A DNA stretch of 32,000 bases from Catenibacterium mitsuokai (GCF_025148785.1 NZ_CP102271.1:77434-109433), one strand, 5' to 3'; shown: positions 16,778 to 25,687, counted from the stretch's first letter. The notes: generated by a model not told the origin, from the letters alone. Numbers and translations: made by a program.

Positions 16778-16894
16778 ATGAAATGGGTATGTAAAGTATG
16801 TGGATATGTGTATGAAGGTGATGAATTACCTGAAGATTATGTATGTCCAGTATGTGGTGTAGGACCAGAAGAATTTGAAAAAGTAGAAGAATAA
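16778..16894 (+). CDS. Short rubredoxin (38 aa), not in the supplied ORF track
   Basis: The translation is [38 protein letters not shown]. It has two CxxCG knuckles and the rubredoxin EFEKV tail. The ATG lies 8 nt after AAAGGAGGA. Confidence 0.8.
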   Translation: MKWVCKVCGYVYEGDELPEDYVCPVCGVGPEEFEKVEE

Positions 16895-17050
16895 TATAAT
16901 CATTTTTCAAAGCAAAAAAGGCTGTAACGTTTAAGGTTTAAAATGGACCCTGTAAAAAGGACACGATAAAAAAGGATATTTATTTCGTGACCCTGTTTTA
17001 CAGGGTTTTTATTTTGCATAGTATAATGATTATAGAATGGTGGTGTTATT

Positions 17051-17479
17051 ATGGGAGTAAACTATTTTAGTGATGAACAAGTAAAGGAACTCGAAAAGAA
17101 TCCATATGTAAAGAAAGTATCTATCAAAAGCATAACCTATTCAGAAAAATTCAAAGAACTCTTCTGGATTGATTTACAGAAAGGCATGATGCCTGGAAAC
17201 ATATTTAGAAAGTATGGATTTGATCCTCATATGTTAGGATCTAGTCGAACTCCCAAGTTCACAGATCGTGTAAGGAAAGAAGCAGCAAGGGAAGAAGGAT
17301 TCAAGGATACCAGAGGCACAAAATCCGGAAGACCTTCTACAAAGAATCTTACCATTGAGGAACAGCTAGAAAGGCTTAAGCAGAAAAATAAAATTCTCCA
17401 GCAGGAGAACGATTTTTTAAAAAGAGTGAGATTTATCAACAGAAAGCAAATATTAAAACTGCAGAAGGGCAAACAATAA
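17051..17479 (+). CDS. IS3-family transposase OrfA (HTH / leucine-zipper part)
   Basis: Helix-turn-helix N-terminus and a C-terminal coiled coil (LERLKQKNKILQQENDFLKR). The slippery run TTTTTTAAAAAG lies at 17413-17424. Confidence 0.85.
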   Translation: MGVNYFSDEQVKELEKNPYVKKVSIKSITYSEKFKELFWIDLQKGMMPGNIFRKYGFDPHMLGSSRTPKFTDRVRKEAAREEGFKDTRGTKSGRPSTKNLTIEEQLERLKQKNKILQQENDFLKRVRFINRKQILKLQKGKQ

Positions 17480-17493
17480 GAGAAAAATATAAA

Positions 17494-18528
17494 ATGATAG
17501 ATAGAACTCTTGAATCACCTAGTAATAATCTGAGTGTCTCAGCATTATGTGATACTGCAGGTGTTTCAAGAAGTGGGTTCTATTCATGGAAGAAACGAAA
17601 AGGTTCCATAAGCGAAAAAGAAGAACAAGACCGTAAGGATTTTGAACTGATTTTAGAAGCATACAGGTTCAAAGGATATGACAAGGGCAGACGTGGTATT
17701 CATATGCGTCTTCTTCACATGGGCATTGTGATGAACCATAAAAAGATTTCAAGACTGATGAAGAAATACGGACTATTCTGTCCAATAAGAAAAGCCAATC
17801 CTGCAAGAAGAATGGCTAAGGCAATGAAAACATCAAATTATGCAGATAATATTCTAAACAGACACTTCGAGGAATATGGTCCTGGATATGTGCTTGAAAC
17901 AGATATTACTTATCTATTCTACGGTCACAAAAGATCTAAAGCCTATCTATCGGTGATAAAGGATGGATTTACAAAGCAGATTCTTGCATATGTATTATCA
18001 CCGTCTTTAGAAGTAGACTTTGTCCTGGAGACAATCAATCAGCTTTACAGTAAACATAAGCATAATATTCACACTGATGCTTTGATACACAGTGATCAGG
18101 GTGTGCATTATACAAGTGTCAAGTTTATTGACTTACTCAAGAGCCTGGAAATCAGACAGTCAATGTCAAGAAGAGGAAACTGCTGGGACAACGCTCCCCA
18201 GGAATCCTTCTTCGGACATATGAAAGATGAGATAGGTAGATATACAGAGAATGCCTGCTCATATGAAGAACTAAAGGAAATAATAGATTCCTATATGGTT
18301 TATTACAACAATGATCGTTATCAGTACAATCTGGCCAAACTTTCACCAAATGAATATTTTGAATATTATATAACTGGTGAATACCCACTAATTCATGTCG
18401 CAAAGGAGCCTGATGAATATAAGGAAAAATTCAGACAGATAAGAAATAATCTTGATAGAAACTCAACGCTCGAGAAATTAGTAGCTATCCTTCAAAGAAT
18501 AACTCATTTCAAACAGTCCATCAGGTAG
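17494..18528 (+). CDS. IS3-family transposase OrfB (DDE integrase core), probably made as an OrfAB fusion by -1 frameshifting
   Basis: HTH_21-like segment (LCDTAGVSRSGFYSWKKR) and rve core (TDITY...HSDQG.HYTS...N.ESFF..K.E). The orfB frame is open from 17392. It carries a C-terminal tail of about 50 aa beyond the usual LSPNEY end. Confidence 0.85.
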   Translation: MIDRTLESPSNNLSVSALCDTAGVSRSGFYSWKKRKGSISEKEEQDRKDFELILEAYRFKGYDKGRRGIHMRLLHMGIVMNHKKISRLMKKYGLFCPIRKANPARRMAKAMKTSNYADNILNRHFEEYGPGYVLETDITYLFYGHKRSKAYLSVIKDGFTKQILAYVLSPSLEVDFVLETINQLYSKHKHNIHTDALIHSDQGVHYTSVKFIDLLKSLEIRQSMSRRGNCWDNAPQESFFGHMKDEIGRYTENACSYEELKEIIDSYMVYYNNDRYQYNLAKLSPNEYFEYYITGEYPLIHVAKEPDEYKEKFRQIRNNLDRNSTLEKLVAILQRITHFKQSIR

Positions 18529-18849
18529 TCTGCGTAAATGACTTCTGATTATATCTATATCATTATTACTTAATGATGCAAAGCCAAAATCATCCATCTT
18601 AGTGAATATAACAGTGCCATTAAAATAACCGTCAGCATCATCTGGAAATGATCTGTAAACAATAGTATGACCAGTATCATATACACTTAAATCCTTTACA
18701 AGAAGATAGACTGATGGATCATCATCAAATATATAATCTCGGTAGTCAAATACACCAAGTTCATTTCTTATGACTTCCTTCATTCTATCTGTTTCCAATA
18801 CACATAAAACTCCATCTTTAATAATTACATATTTACATAGTTTACACAT
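18478..18849 (-). CDS. Hypothetical protein (123 aa) carried inside the IS; weak resemblance to DUF3846-type proteins
   Basis: Strong AGGAGGA RBS 8 nt before the ATG. The 3' end overlaps the orfB tail by 51 nt. The family resemblance (GTVIFTK..DFGFASLS..DID) comes from memory and is low-confidence. Confidence 0.5.
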   Translation of the reverse strand: MCKLCKYVIIKDGVLCVLETDRMKEVIRNELGVFDYRDYIFDDDPSVYLLVKDLSVYDTGHTIVYRSFPDDADGYFNGTVIFTKMDDFGFASLSNNDIDIIRSHLRRLPDGLFEMSYSLKDSY

Positions 18850-19091
18850 AAAAATATCCTCCTGGTTAATTACACCTAGAGGATATCTTTATTTCTAATC
18901 ATTTTTAAGCGCCTTTTTATTTAATGTCCTTGACTCGGGGTCCACATTATCTATCTATTCGTTACAGCCTTTTAATCTGGCAGGGAATACTCCTAGTTTT
19001 TTAATCATTATGTAAGTGTTGTGTATTTTGATTAGGTTTGATTTATTTAGTTGTTTGATATGATATAGTAGTGTGGAATGGAGAGGTGAAT

Positions 19092-19520
19092 ATGAAGAAA
19101 ATATTAATTTTATTAGTGACAATGATGTTATGTGCCTGCTCACCTGCAGAACCTATGTCACTCAAAGACAGCTATGGACAATACAAACAAGAGAAAATCG
19201 TATATGCGAATAAGAAGGATTACATAAAGAAGAAGGATGCTTATAATGCGTATCTTGTTTATGAAATCAATAAAGATGCATGTACATTTGAAAGTGATTT
19301 AAAGTATCAGAATATCCAGTATAAGAAGGTTGAACTATCAAAAGATGAGAAAGAAAAAGTTCCTGAAGCACTTATCAAATACAACCTTTATGAAGGTGAA
19401 AAACAGTTAGGTATTGCGGTTTACTTAGGTGAAGAAACTGTTTATATTTCTAGCTATGATCAATATGATGGTAAACCTGTATATATTGCGAAAATGAAAA
19501 AAATCACAAAGAAGAGCTAA
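19092..19520 (+). CDS. Lipoprotein, unknown function
   Basis: Signal peptide MKKILILLVTMMLCAC with a lipobox. GGAGAGGTG RBS. I prefer the start at 19092 over the track start at 19071. Confidence 0.7.
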   Translation: MKKILILLVTMMLCACSPAEPMSLKDSYGQYKQEKIVYANKKDYIKKKDAYNAYLVYEINKDACTFESDLKYQNIQYKKVELSKDEKEKVPEALIKYNLYEGEKQLGIAVYLGEETVYISSYDQYDGKPVYIAKMKKITKKS

Positions 19521-19573
19521 AATTTACGAAAAACAGAAAATAAATAATTTTGTTTATATTTAAAGAAAAATTA

Positions 19574-19602
19574 TTGACAAAGTAAAAAAGTGATTGTATT
19601 AT
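19574..19602 (+). promoter_or_regulatory. Sigma-A promoter of the arg leader
   Basis: TTGACA (19574-19579), 17-nt spacer, TATTAT (19597-19602). Confidence 0.7.
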
Positions 19603-19620
19603 AGACCCAAGTTAAATAAA

Positions 19621-19845
19621 CAAATCGATGAACGAGAAGAGTATCTTACAATCACCTACAGCGAGATGACATAGAGTGGAAGGTCATCAGGAAGATATAA
19701 GAGAAACGCACTCGGGAGAGTCTGTTGGAATTGAGTATAACAGAACGTGAATCTGCGTTAATGAAGAGGTGGTTTGTATGATACAAGCAACTAGAGTGGT
19801 ACCGCGTTTATATACGTCTCTGGATTAATCCAGAGGCGTTTTTTG
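19621..19845 (+). promoter_or_regulatory. T-box leader (tRNA-sensing riboswitch), specifier CGC (Arg), with terminator
   Basis: Stem I elements are present (GAUGAACGAGAAGAGUA, AGCGAG...AGUGGAA). By alignment to the B. subtilis glyQS leader, the specifier is CGC at 19707-19709 followed by A. The T-box sequence AGAGUGGUACCGCG lies at 19793-19806. The terminator is CGTCTCTGGA-ttaa-TCCAGAGGCG plus T6 (19815-19844). Confidence 0.85.
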
Positions 19846-19939
19846 TTTATTAAAGGGGTGTTTGATATGAAGGAACGACGATCTAGTTAAGTAGTGGGGC
19901 ATTAAAATAAAACATCAAACATTAAAGGAGAAGAAAATT

Positions 19940-21163
19940 ATGGAAAAGAAAACATTTAAGAAAGTTGTATTAGCTTATAGTGGAGGATTAGATACTTCAA
20001 TTATTATTTCTTGGTTAAAGGAAAATTATGGCTGTGAAGTTATTGCAGTTGCTGCTGATGTGGGACAGGGTGCTGGAGAACTTGATGGTCTTGATGAAAA
20101 GGCTGCAAAGACAGGTGCTTCTAAATATATTTGTGTAGATTGTAAACCTGAATTTGTTAAGGATTTCTGTTTTGAAGCAGTTAAAGCCAATGCATTATAT
20201 GAAGGTAAATATATGTTAGGTACTTCTCTTGCAAGACCAATTATTGCGAAGAAGTTAGTAGATATCGCTTTAGAAGAAGGTGCAGATGCAATCTGTCATG
20301 GATGTACTGGTAAAGGTAATGACCAGGTAAGATTTGAATTAGCTATTAAAGCATTTGCACCAGATATGCCTATTATCGCTCCTTGGAGAGAATGGGATAT
20401 TAAATCAAGAGAAGAAGAAATCGAATATGCGGAAGCAAGAAAGATTCCTCTAAAGATCAACAGAGAAACAAACTACTCTAAAGATAAGAACTTATGGCAT
20501 TTATCTCATGAAGGTTTAGATCTTGAAGATCCAGCTAATGAACCTAAGTATGATGAAATCCTAGAAATGGGTGTTTCACCAGAAAAGGCACCAGATGTTC
20601 CAACATATATCACTTTAACTTTTGAAAAGGGTGAAGCTGTAGCATTAAATGGTGAAAAGCTTGAACCAGTAGAAATGTTAGCTAAGTTAAATGAAATCGG
20701 TGGTGCAAACGGTGTTGGTATCGCCGATATGGTTGAAAACAGACTTGTTGGTATGAAATCAAGAGGTGTATATGAAACACCAGGTGGAACTATTTTATAT
20801 GCAGCACATCAGAACCTAGAAGAAATTACTGTAGATAAAGAAACACAGCACTTCAAACAGCAGGTAAGCTTAAAGCTTGCAGATAATATCTATAACGGTC
20901 AGTGGTATACACCTCTTACTGAAGCATTACTTGCATTTGTAGATAAGACTCAGGAAAACGTAAATGGTGATGTTAAACTTAAATTATATAAGGGTAATAT
21001 CGTAGGTGCTGGTGTAACATCTCCAGATACATTACATGATTTACAGACAGCATCATTTGATGAAGATGATGATTATGATCAGTATGATGCTAAAGGATTC
21101 ATCACATTATACGGTTTACCAATCAAGGTAAAAGCTAAGTTAGATCAGAAGAAAAAGAAATAG
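19940..21163 (+). CDS. argG: Argininosuccinate synthase
   Basis: [11 protein letters not shown]-loop motif and conserved ...[13 protein letters not shown]... block. Confidence 0.95.
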   Translation: MEKKTFKKVVLAYSGGLDTSIIISWLKENYGCEVIAVAADVGQGAGELDGLDEKAAKTGASKYICVDCKPEFVKDFCFEAVKANALYEGKYMLGTSLARPIIAKKLVDIALEEGADAICHGCTGKGNDQVRFELAIKAFAPDMPIIAPWREWDIKSREEEIEYAEARKIPLKINRETNYSKDKNLWHLSHEGLDLEDPANEPKYDEILEMGVSPEKAPDVPTYITLTFEKGEAVALNGEKLEPVEMLAKLNEIGGANGVGIADMVENRLVGMKSRGVYETPGGTILYAAHQNLEEITVDKETQHFKQQVSLKLADNIYNGQWYTPLTEALLAFVDKTQENVNGDVKLKLYKGNIVGAGVTSPDTLHDLQTASFDEDDDYDQYDAKGFITLYGLPIKVKAKLDQKKKK

Positions 21164-21174
21164 GAGTTTAAGAT

Positions 21175-22557
21175 ATGGTATTGTGGAAAGGTAGATTTTC
21201 TAAAGAATTAAATCATGAAGTCAATGCATTCAATTCATCTCTTTCATTCGATCATCGTATGTATAAGCAGGATATCAGAGGATCTCTTGCTCATGCAAAG
21301 ATGTTATGTAAACAAAGTATTATTGAAGAGAAAGATTATGAAGAGATTGTAGAAGGTTTAAATGCAATTTTAAAAGAGATTGAAGAGGGTACACTTCTCT
21401 TTGATCCTGAAGCTGAAGATATTCATATGTTTGTGGAAAGTGAACTCACAAAACGTTATCCAGTGGCTGGTAAAAAACTACATACAGGACGTTCTAGAAA
21501 TGATCAGGTTGCATTAGATCTTCGTTTATATGCACATGATGAAATTCTAGAAATCAAGAAGATGTTAGTGAACCTGATTCATACATTAACAGATTTAGCT
21601 GAACATAACCTTGATACAATCATGCCAGGATATACACACTTACAAAGAGCACAGCCTATTACTTTTGCCCATCATTTAATGGCTTATGCATCAATGTTTT
21701 TAAGAGATATTGATCGTTTAGAAGATGTTGATAAGAGACTTTATGTATCGCCTCTAGGAAGTGGTGCACTTGCAACAACAACTTATCCATTAGATAGACC
21801 ATTTGTGGCAGAAGAATTAGGTATGTATGATATTATGTATAACTCTTTGGACGGTGTGAGTGATCGTGATTATGCGATTGAGTTATCAAGTGCCTTAGCC
21901 ACAATCATGATGCATTTATCAAGATTCTCAGAAGAAGTGATTCTATGGTGTTCATGGGAATTCAAATTCATTGATCTTGATGATGCCTATGCAACAGGTT
22001 CTTCTATTATGCCTCAGAAGAAGAATCCAGATATTGCAGAATTAGTAAGAGGTAAGAGTGCAAGAGTCATTGGTGATGTGAATACATTACTTACAATGAT
22101 GAAGGGACTCCCTCTTGCTTACAATAAAGACATGCAGGAAGATAAAGAAGCTTTATTTGATGCAATTGATGAAGTCAAGCTTTGTCTTCCAGTCTTTACA
22201 GATATGATGGCAACTATTACTGTTCATAAAGATAAGATGAGAGATGCTGCTGCAAGAGGATTTATTAATGCAACAGATTGTGCAGATTATCTCACTAAGA
22301 AGGGTATGCCATTTAGAGATGCTTATAAGATTACTGGGGAACTTGTAAGATACTGTATTGAACATGGAGAAACATTAGAAACACTTTCTCTAGATGTTTA
22401 TACAGGTTATACAGATATGTTTGGTGAAGATGTTTATCAGGCTATTTCATTAGAAACATGTCTTAACAACAGAGCAGTTGTTGGTGGACCTTCTCCTAAA
22501 ATTGAGATGGAGAATATTCATAGAATCAATCAGAAAGTGAGTGGATATTGTGATTAA
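21175..22557 (+). CDS. argH: Argininosuccinate lyase
   Basis: Fumarate-lyase signature GSSIMPQKKNPD. The LWGGRF-type N-terminus reads LWKGRF here. Confidence 0.95.
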   Translation: MVLWKGRFSKELNHEVNAFNSSLSFDHRMYKQDIRGSLAHAKMLCKQSIIEEKDYEEIVEGLNAILKEIEEGTLLFDPEAEDIHMFVESELTKRYPVAGKKLHTGRSRNDQVALDLRLYAHDEILEIKKMLVNLIHTLTDLAEHNLDTIMPGYTHLQRAQPITFAHHLMAYASMFLRDIDRLEDVDKRLYVSPLGSGALATTTYPLDRPFVAEELGMYDIMYNSLDGVSDRDYAIELSSALATIMMHLSRFSEEVILWCSWEFKFIDLDDAYATGSSIMPQKKNPDIAELVRGKSARVIGDVNTLLTMMKGLPLAYNKDMQEDKEALFDAIDEVKLCLPVFTDMMATITVHKDKMRDAAARGFINATDCADYLTKKGMPFRDAYKITGELVRYCIEHGETLETLSLDVYTGYTDMFGEDVYQAISLETCLNNRAVVGGPSPKIEMENIHRINQKVSGYCD

Positions 22558-23578
22558 AGCAGGTATTATTGGTGCAAGTGGTTATGCAGGATGTGAACTA
22601 TTAAGAATCTTATTAATGCATCCTGAAGCAGAAGTAACAGCTATTTCTTCACATAGTTATACTGGTAAGAAGATTTATGATCTTTATCCTAACTTCTATC
22701 AGGTATGTGATTTAGAGTTTATTGAAGATACAGAAGTCATTGAGAAAGCAGATATTATTTTTGCATCTCTTCCTCATGGCTTATCTGAAAAGTATGCCAA
22801 GACATGTGTAGAAAAGGGTAAGAAGTTTATTGATTTAGGGGCTGACTTCAGACTTGATAAAGAAGAAGATTATCAAAAATGGTATGGTTTAGATTATAAC
22901 CTACCAGAACTTCATAAGAATCAGGTGTATGGTTTACCTGAAGTCAATAGAGATAAGATCAAGGATGCCACTATTATTGGAAATCCTGGTTGTTATCCTA
23001 CAACTATTACATTAGGTCTTTATCCATTATTAAAGAATAAACTTAATGTATCACAAAAGATCATTATTGATTCAGCATCAGGTACAACAGGTGCTGGTAA
23101 GAACTTAAGCGATGGTATGCATTTCCCAAGATGTAATGAATCGTTCCATCCTTATAAAGTAGGTGTCCATAGACATACACCAGAAATTGAACAGGAATTA
23201 AGTAAGATGAATGAAAAAGATGTACATATCACATTTGTCCCTCATTTACTTCCTGTAGATCGTGGTATTGTTTCTACTATTTATGTTCCTGTAGATAAGT
23301 CTTTAGAAGAAATCTATGAAACATATGTAGAAGCATATAAGGATGAACAGTTTGTGAGAGTATTACCTCTTGGACAGGTCGCAGACTTAAAGTTTGTGAA
23401 AGCATCTAACTATTGTGATATTTCATTACATATGGATGAACGTGATCATACATTAATTGTAGTGTCTACAATTGATAATATGGTGAAAGGTTCTGCTGGT
23501 CAGGCAGTACAGAATATGAATATTATGTATGGATTCGATGAGAATACAGGTTTAAATCTTGTCGCTCCATCATTCTAA
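22541..23578 (+). CDS. argC: N-acetyl-gamma-glutamyl-phosphate reductase
   Basis: GASGYAG Rossmann motif and the active-site block GNPGCYPT. The start is ambiguous: GTG at 22541 or GTG at 22550. Either overlaps the argH stop codon. Confidence 0.9.
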   Translation: MDIVIKAGIIGASGYAGCELLRILLMHPEAEVTAISSHSYTGKKIYDLYPNFYQVCDLEFIEDTEVIEKADIIFASLPHGLSEKYAKTCVEKGKKFIDLGADFRLDKEEDYQKWYGLDYNLPELHKNQVYGLPEVNRDKIKDATIIGNPGCYPTTITLGLYPLLKNKLNVSQKIIIDSASGTTGAGKNLSDGMHFPRCNESFHPYKVGVHRHTPEIEQELSKMNEKDVHITFVPHLLPVDRGIVSTIYVPVDKSLEEIYETYVEAYKDEQFVRVLPLGQVADLKFVKASNYCDISLHMDERDHTLIVVSTIDNMVKGSAGQAVQNMNIMYGFDENTGLNLVAPSF

Positions 23579-23588
23579 GGAGGAAATC

Positions 23589-24803
23589 ATGAAAGATATA
23601 CTTGGTGGTGTATGTGCACCAATAGGATTTAGCGCAAATGGTATTCATGCAGGAATGAGAAAGAATAAATCTAAGAAGGATTTATCTCTCATTGTGAGTG
23701 AGGAGTTATGTACAGCAGCTGCAACATATACACAAAATAAAGTAAAAGGTGCGCCTTTGACAGTTACAAAGCAGCATTTAAAGAATGGTCGTGCAAGAGC
23801 AATTATCTGTAACTCAGGTAATGCGAATACATGTAATTCAAATGGTATTGAGCTTGCGAATGAAGTATGTGCTTTAACTGCAAAGGAATTAGGTTTAAAG
23901 GAAGATGATATTATTGTCGCTTCTACTGGTGTTATTGGTCAGCCTATGTCTATTGATCCTTTTAAAGATCATATGAAAGAACTTGTAAAGGGATTAAATG
24001 TAGATGGGTCTCATGATGCATGTTATGGAATCATGACAACTGATACACAGCCTAAAGAATACGCAGTAGAATTTAAATTAGGGAATGCAAAGTGTCATAT
24101 TGGGGCTATCGCAAAGGGCTCTGGTATGATTCATCCAAATATGGCAACAATGCTTGCCTTTGTAACAAGTGATGTAGCTATTTCTAAAGAATGTCTAGAA
24201 GCAATGGTACATGAAGTTGTAGATGATACATTTAATATGGTCAGTGTTGATGGGGATACATCTACTAATGATATGTTATGTGTATTATCAAATGGTATGG
24301 CACAGAATAATAAGATTGTCTTGAAGGATCAGTCTTATAATATTATGAAGGATGCGCTATATCATATCTGTGAACAATTATCTCGTGGTATTGCGAAAGA
24401 TGGTGAAGGAGCAACTAAGCTTCTTACATGTAATGTCAAGAATGCGAAGACATTACAGGATGCCAAGATTGTTGCAAAGAGTGTCATCACTTCTACTTTA
24501 TTTAAAGCAGCGATGTTTGGTAGAGATGCGAATTGGGGTCGTATCTTATGTGCTATTGGTTATTCTGATGCTGATTTAGACATCAATAAAGTATCCGTGA
24601 CATTGGCTTCATCTGCAGGAGATATTCATGTTTGTGAGAAGGGCATGGGTGTTATCTTTGATGAAGAGAAAGCATTAAAGGTCTTATCTGAAGATGAGAT
24701 TGATATTAATATTGACTTGAATGATGGTATGTGGGATGCAACAGCATGGGGCTGTGATCTTACTTATGATTATGTGAAGATTAATGGGGAATATAGAACA
24801 TAA
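23589..24803 (+). CDS. argJ: Bifunctional ornithine acetyltransferase / N-acetylglutamate synthase
   Basis: ArgJ autoprocessing site ATMLAF and the conserved GANWGR-type block. The ATG at 23589 follows AAGGAGGAA; the track start at 23559 is rejected. Confidence 0.9.
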   Translation: MKDILGGVCAPIGFSANGIHAGMRKNKSKKDLSLIVSEELCTAAATYTQNKVKGAPLTVTKQHLKNGRARAIICNSGNANTCNSNGIELANEVCALTAKELGLKEDDIIVASTGVIGQPMSIDPFKDHMKELVKGLNVDGSHDACYGIMTTDTQPKEYAVEFKLGNAKCHIGAIAKGSGMIHPNMATMLAFVTSDVAISKECLEAMVHEVVDDTFNMVSVDGDTSTNDMLCVLSNGMAQNNKIVLKDQSYNIMKDALYHICEQLSRGIAKDGEGATKLLTCNVKNAKTLQDAKIVAKSVITSTLFKAAMFGRDANWGRILCAIGYSDADLDINKVSVTLASSAGDIHVCEKGMGVIFDEEKALKVLSEDEIDINIDLNDGMWDATAWGCDLTYDYVKINGEYRT

Positions 24804-25657
24804 TGGAAGAAAGAGAAATATATCGAGCAAAAATCTTATCTGAAGCTGTTCCTTATTTACAGGAATACAATGGTAAGACAGTAGTAGTAAAATATGGTGG
24901 AAATGCGATGATCAATGAAGAATTGATGAACAATGTCATTTCTGATATATGTCTAATGACTTTAGTTGGTATTAATGTGGTATTGGTTCATGGTGGGGGC
25001 CCTGAAATCAATAAGGCATTAAAACGTTCTGGTATAGAATCAAAGTTTATTAATGGGTTACGTTATACTGATGAAGAAACAATTGATATTGTACAAGAAG
25101 TATTGGCCGGTAAAGTCAATAAAAATCTTGTAAAGCTGATTATGAATGGGGGAGGCCGTGCAGTAGGTCTTTGTGGTATTGATAATAAGTTATTAGAGGC
25201 GAAGAAGATTAAAGACGAATTAGGTTATGTAGGCACTGTTACACAGGTGAACAATGAAATCATTAAGGATGCAATCAAGAGTGGTTATATTCCAGTTATT
25301 GCATCTATCGCAATGGATGATGAAGGTAATAGTTATAATGTGAATGCAGATTATGCAGCAGCAGCTATTGCGGATAGTCTAGAAGCAGAAAACTTGATTG
25401 TAGTTAGTGATATTCCTGGTTTATTAAGAGATCCTCATGATGAAAAGACATTGATTCCAGAGGTATCTATCCAGGATGTAGAAAACTTAAAAGCAGAAGG
25501 TATTATTGCAGGAGGTATGATTCCTAAAGTGGATTGTATTACTCATGCATTAAAAGGCAATATGTCAAAAGCAGTCATTATTGATGGTCGTATTCCACAT
25601 TCTATTCTTATTGAAATATTATCTAAGGATGGTAGTGGTACACTATTCACAAGATAA
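24803..25657 (+). CDS. argB: Acetylglutamate kinase
   Basis: VVKYGGNAM and VLVHGGGP motifs. Its ATG overlaps the argJ stop codon. Confidence 0.95.
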   Translation: MEEREIYRAKILSEAVPYLQEYNGKTVVVKYGGNAMINEELMNNVISDICLMTLVGINVVLVHGGGPEINKALKRSGIESKFINGLRYTDEETIDIVQEVLAGKVNKNLVKLIMNGGGRAVGLCGIDNKLLEAKKIKDELGYVGTVTQVNNEIIKDAIKSGYIPVIASIAMDDEGNSYNVNADYAAAAIADSLEAENLIVVSDIPGLLRDPHDEKTLIPEVSIQDVENLKAEGIIAGGMIPKVDCITHALKGNMSKAVIIDGRIPHSILIEILSKDGSGTLFTR

Positions 25658-25684
25658 CAGAGTTACATCTGTTATCTTTTTTTT
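25653..25684 (+). terminator. Intrinsic terminator of the arg operon
   Basis: GATAACAGA-gttaca-TCTGTTATC followed by T8. Confidence 0.8.
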
Positions 25685-25687
25685 ACC

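Larger units (their letters stand above)
16944..18944 (+). mobile_element. IS3-family insertion sequence (2001 bp) with an extra antisense ORF
   Basis: The terminal inverted repeats are TGGACCCTGTAAAAAGGACA (16944-) and the complement of TGTCCTTGACTCGGGGTCCA (-18944). They match at 15 of 20 positions and have TG...CA ends. The orfA/orfB arrangement has orfB in the -1 frame. No flanking direct repeat was seen. Confidence 0.8.

Noticed and set aside
16713-16910. 65-aa minus-strand ORF
   Set aside because: Its translation is low-complexity (H/L/Y/I-rich) and it has no RBS. It is the antisense shadow of a well-formed rubredoxin gene on the plus strand.
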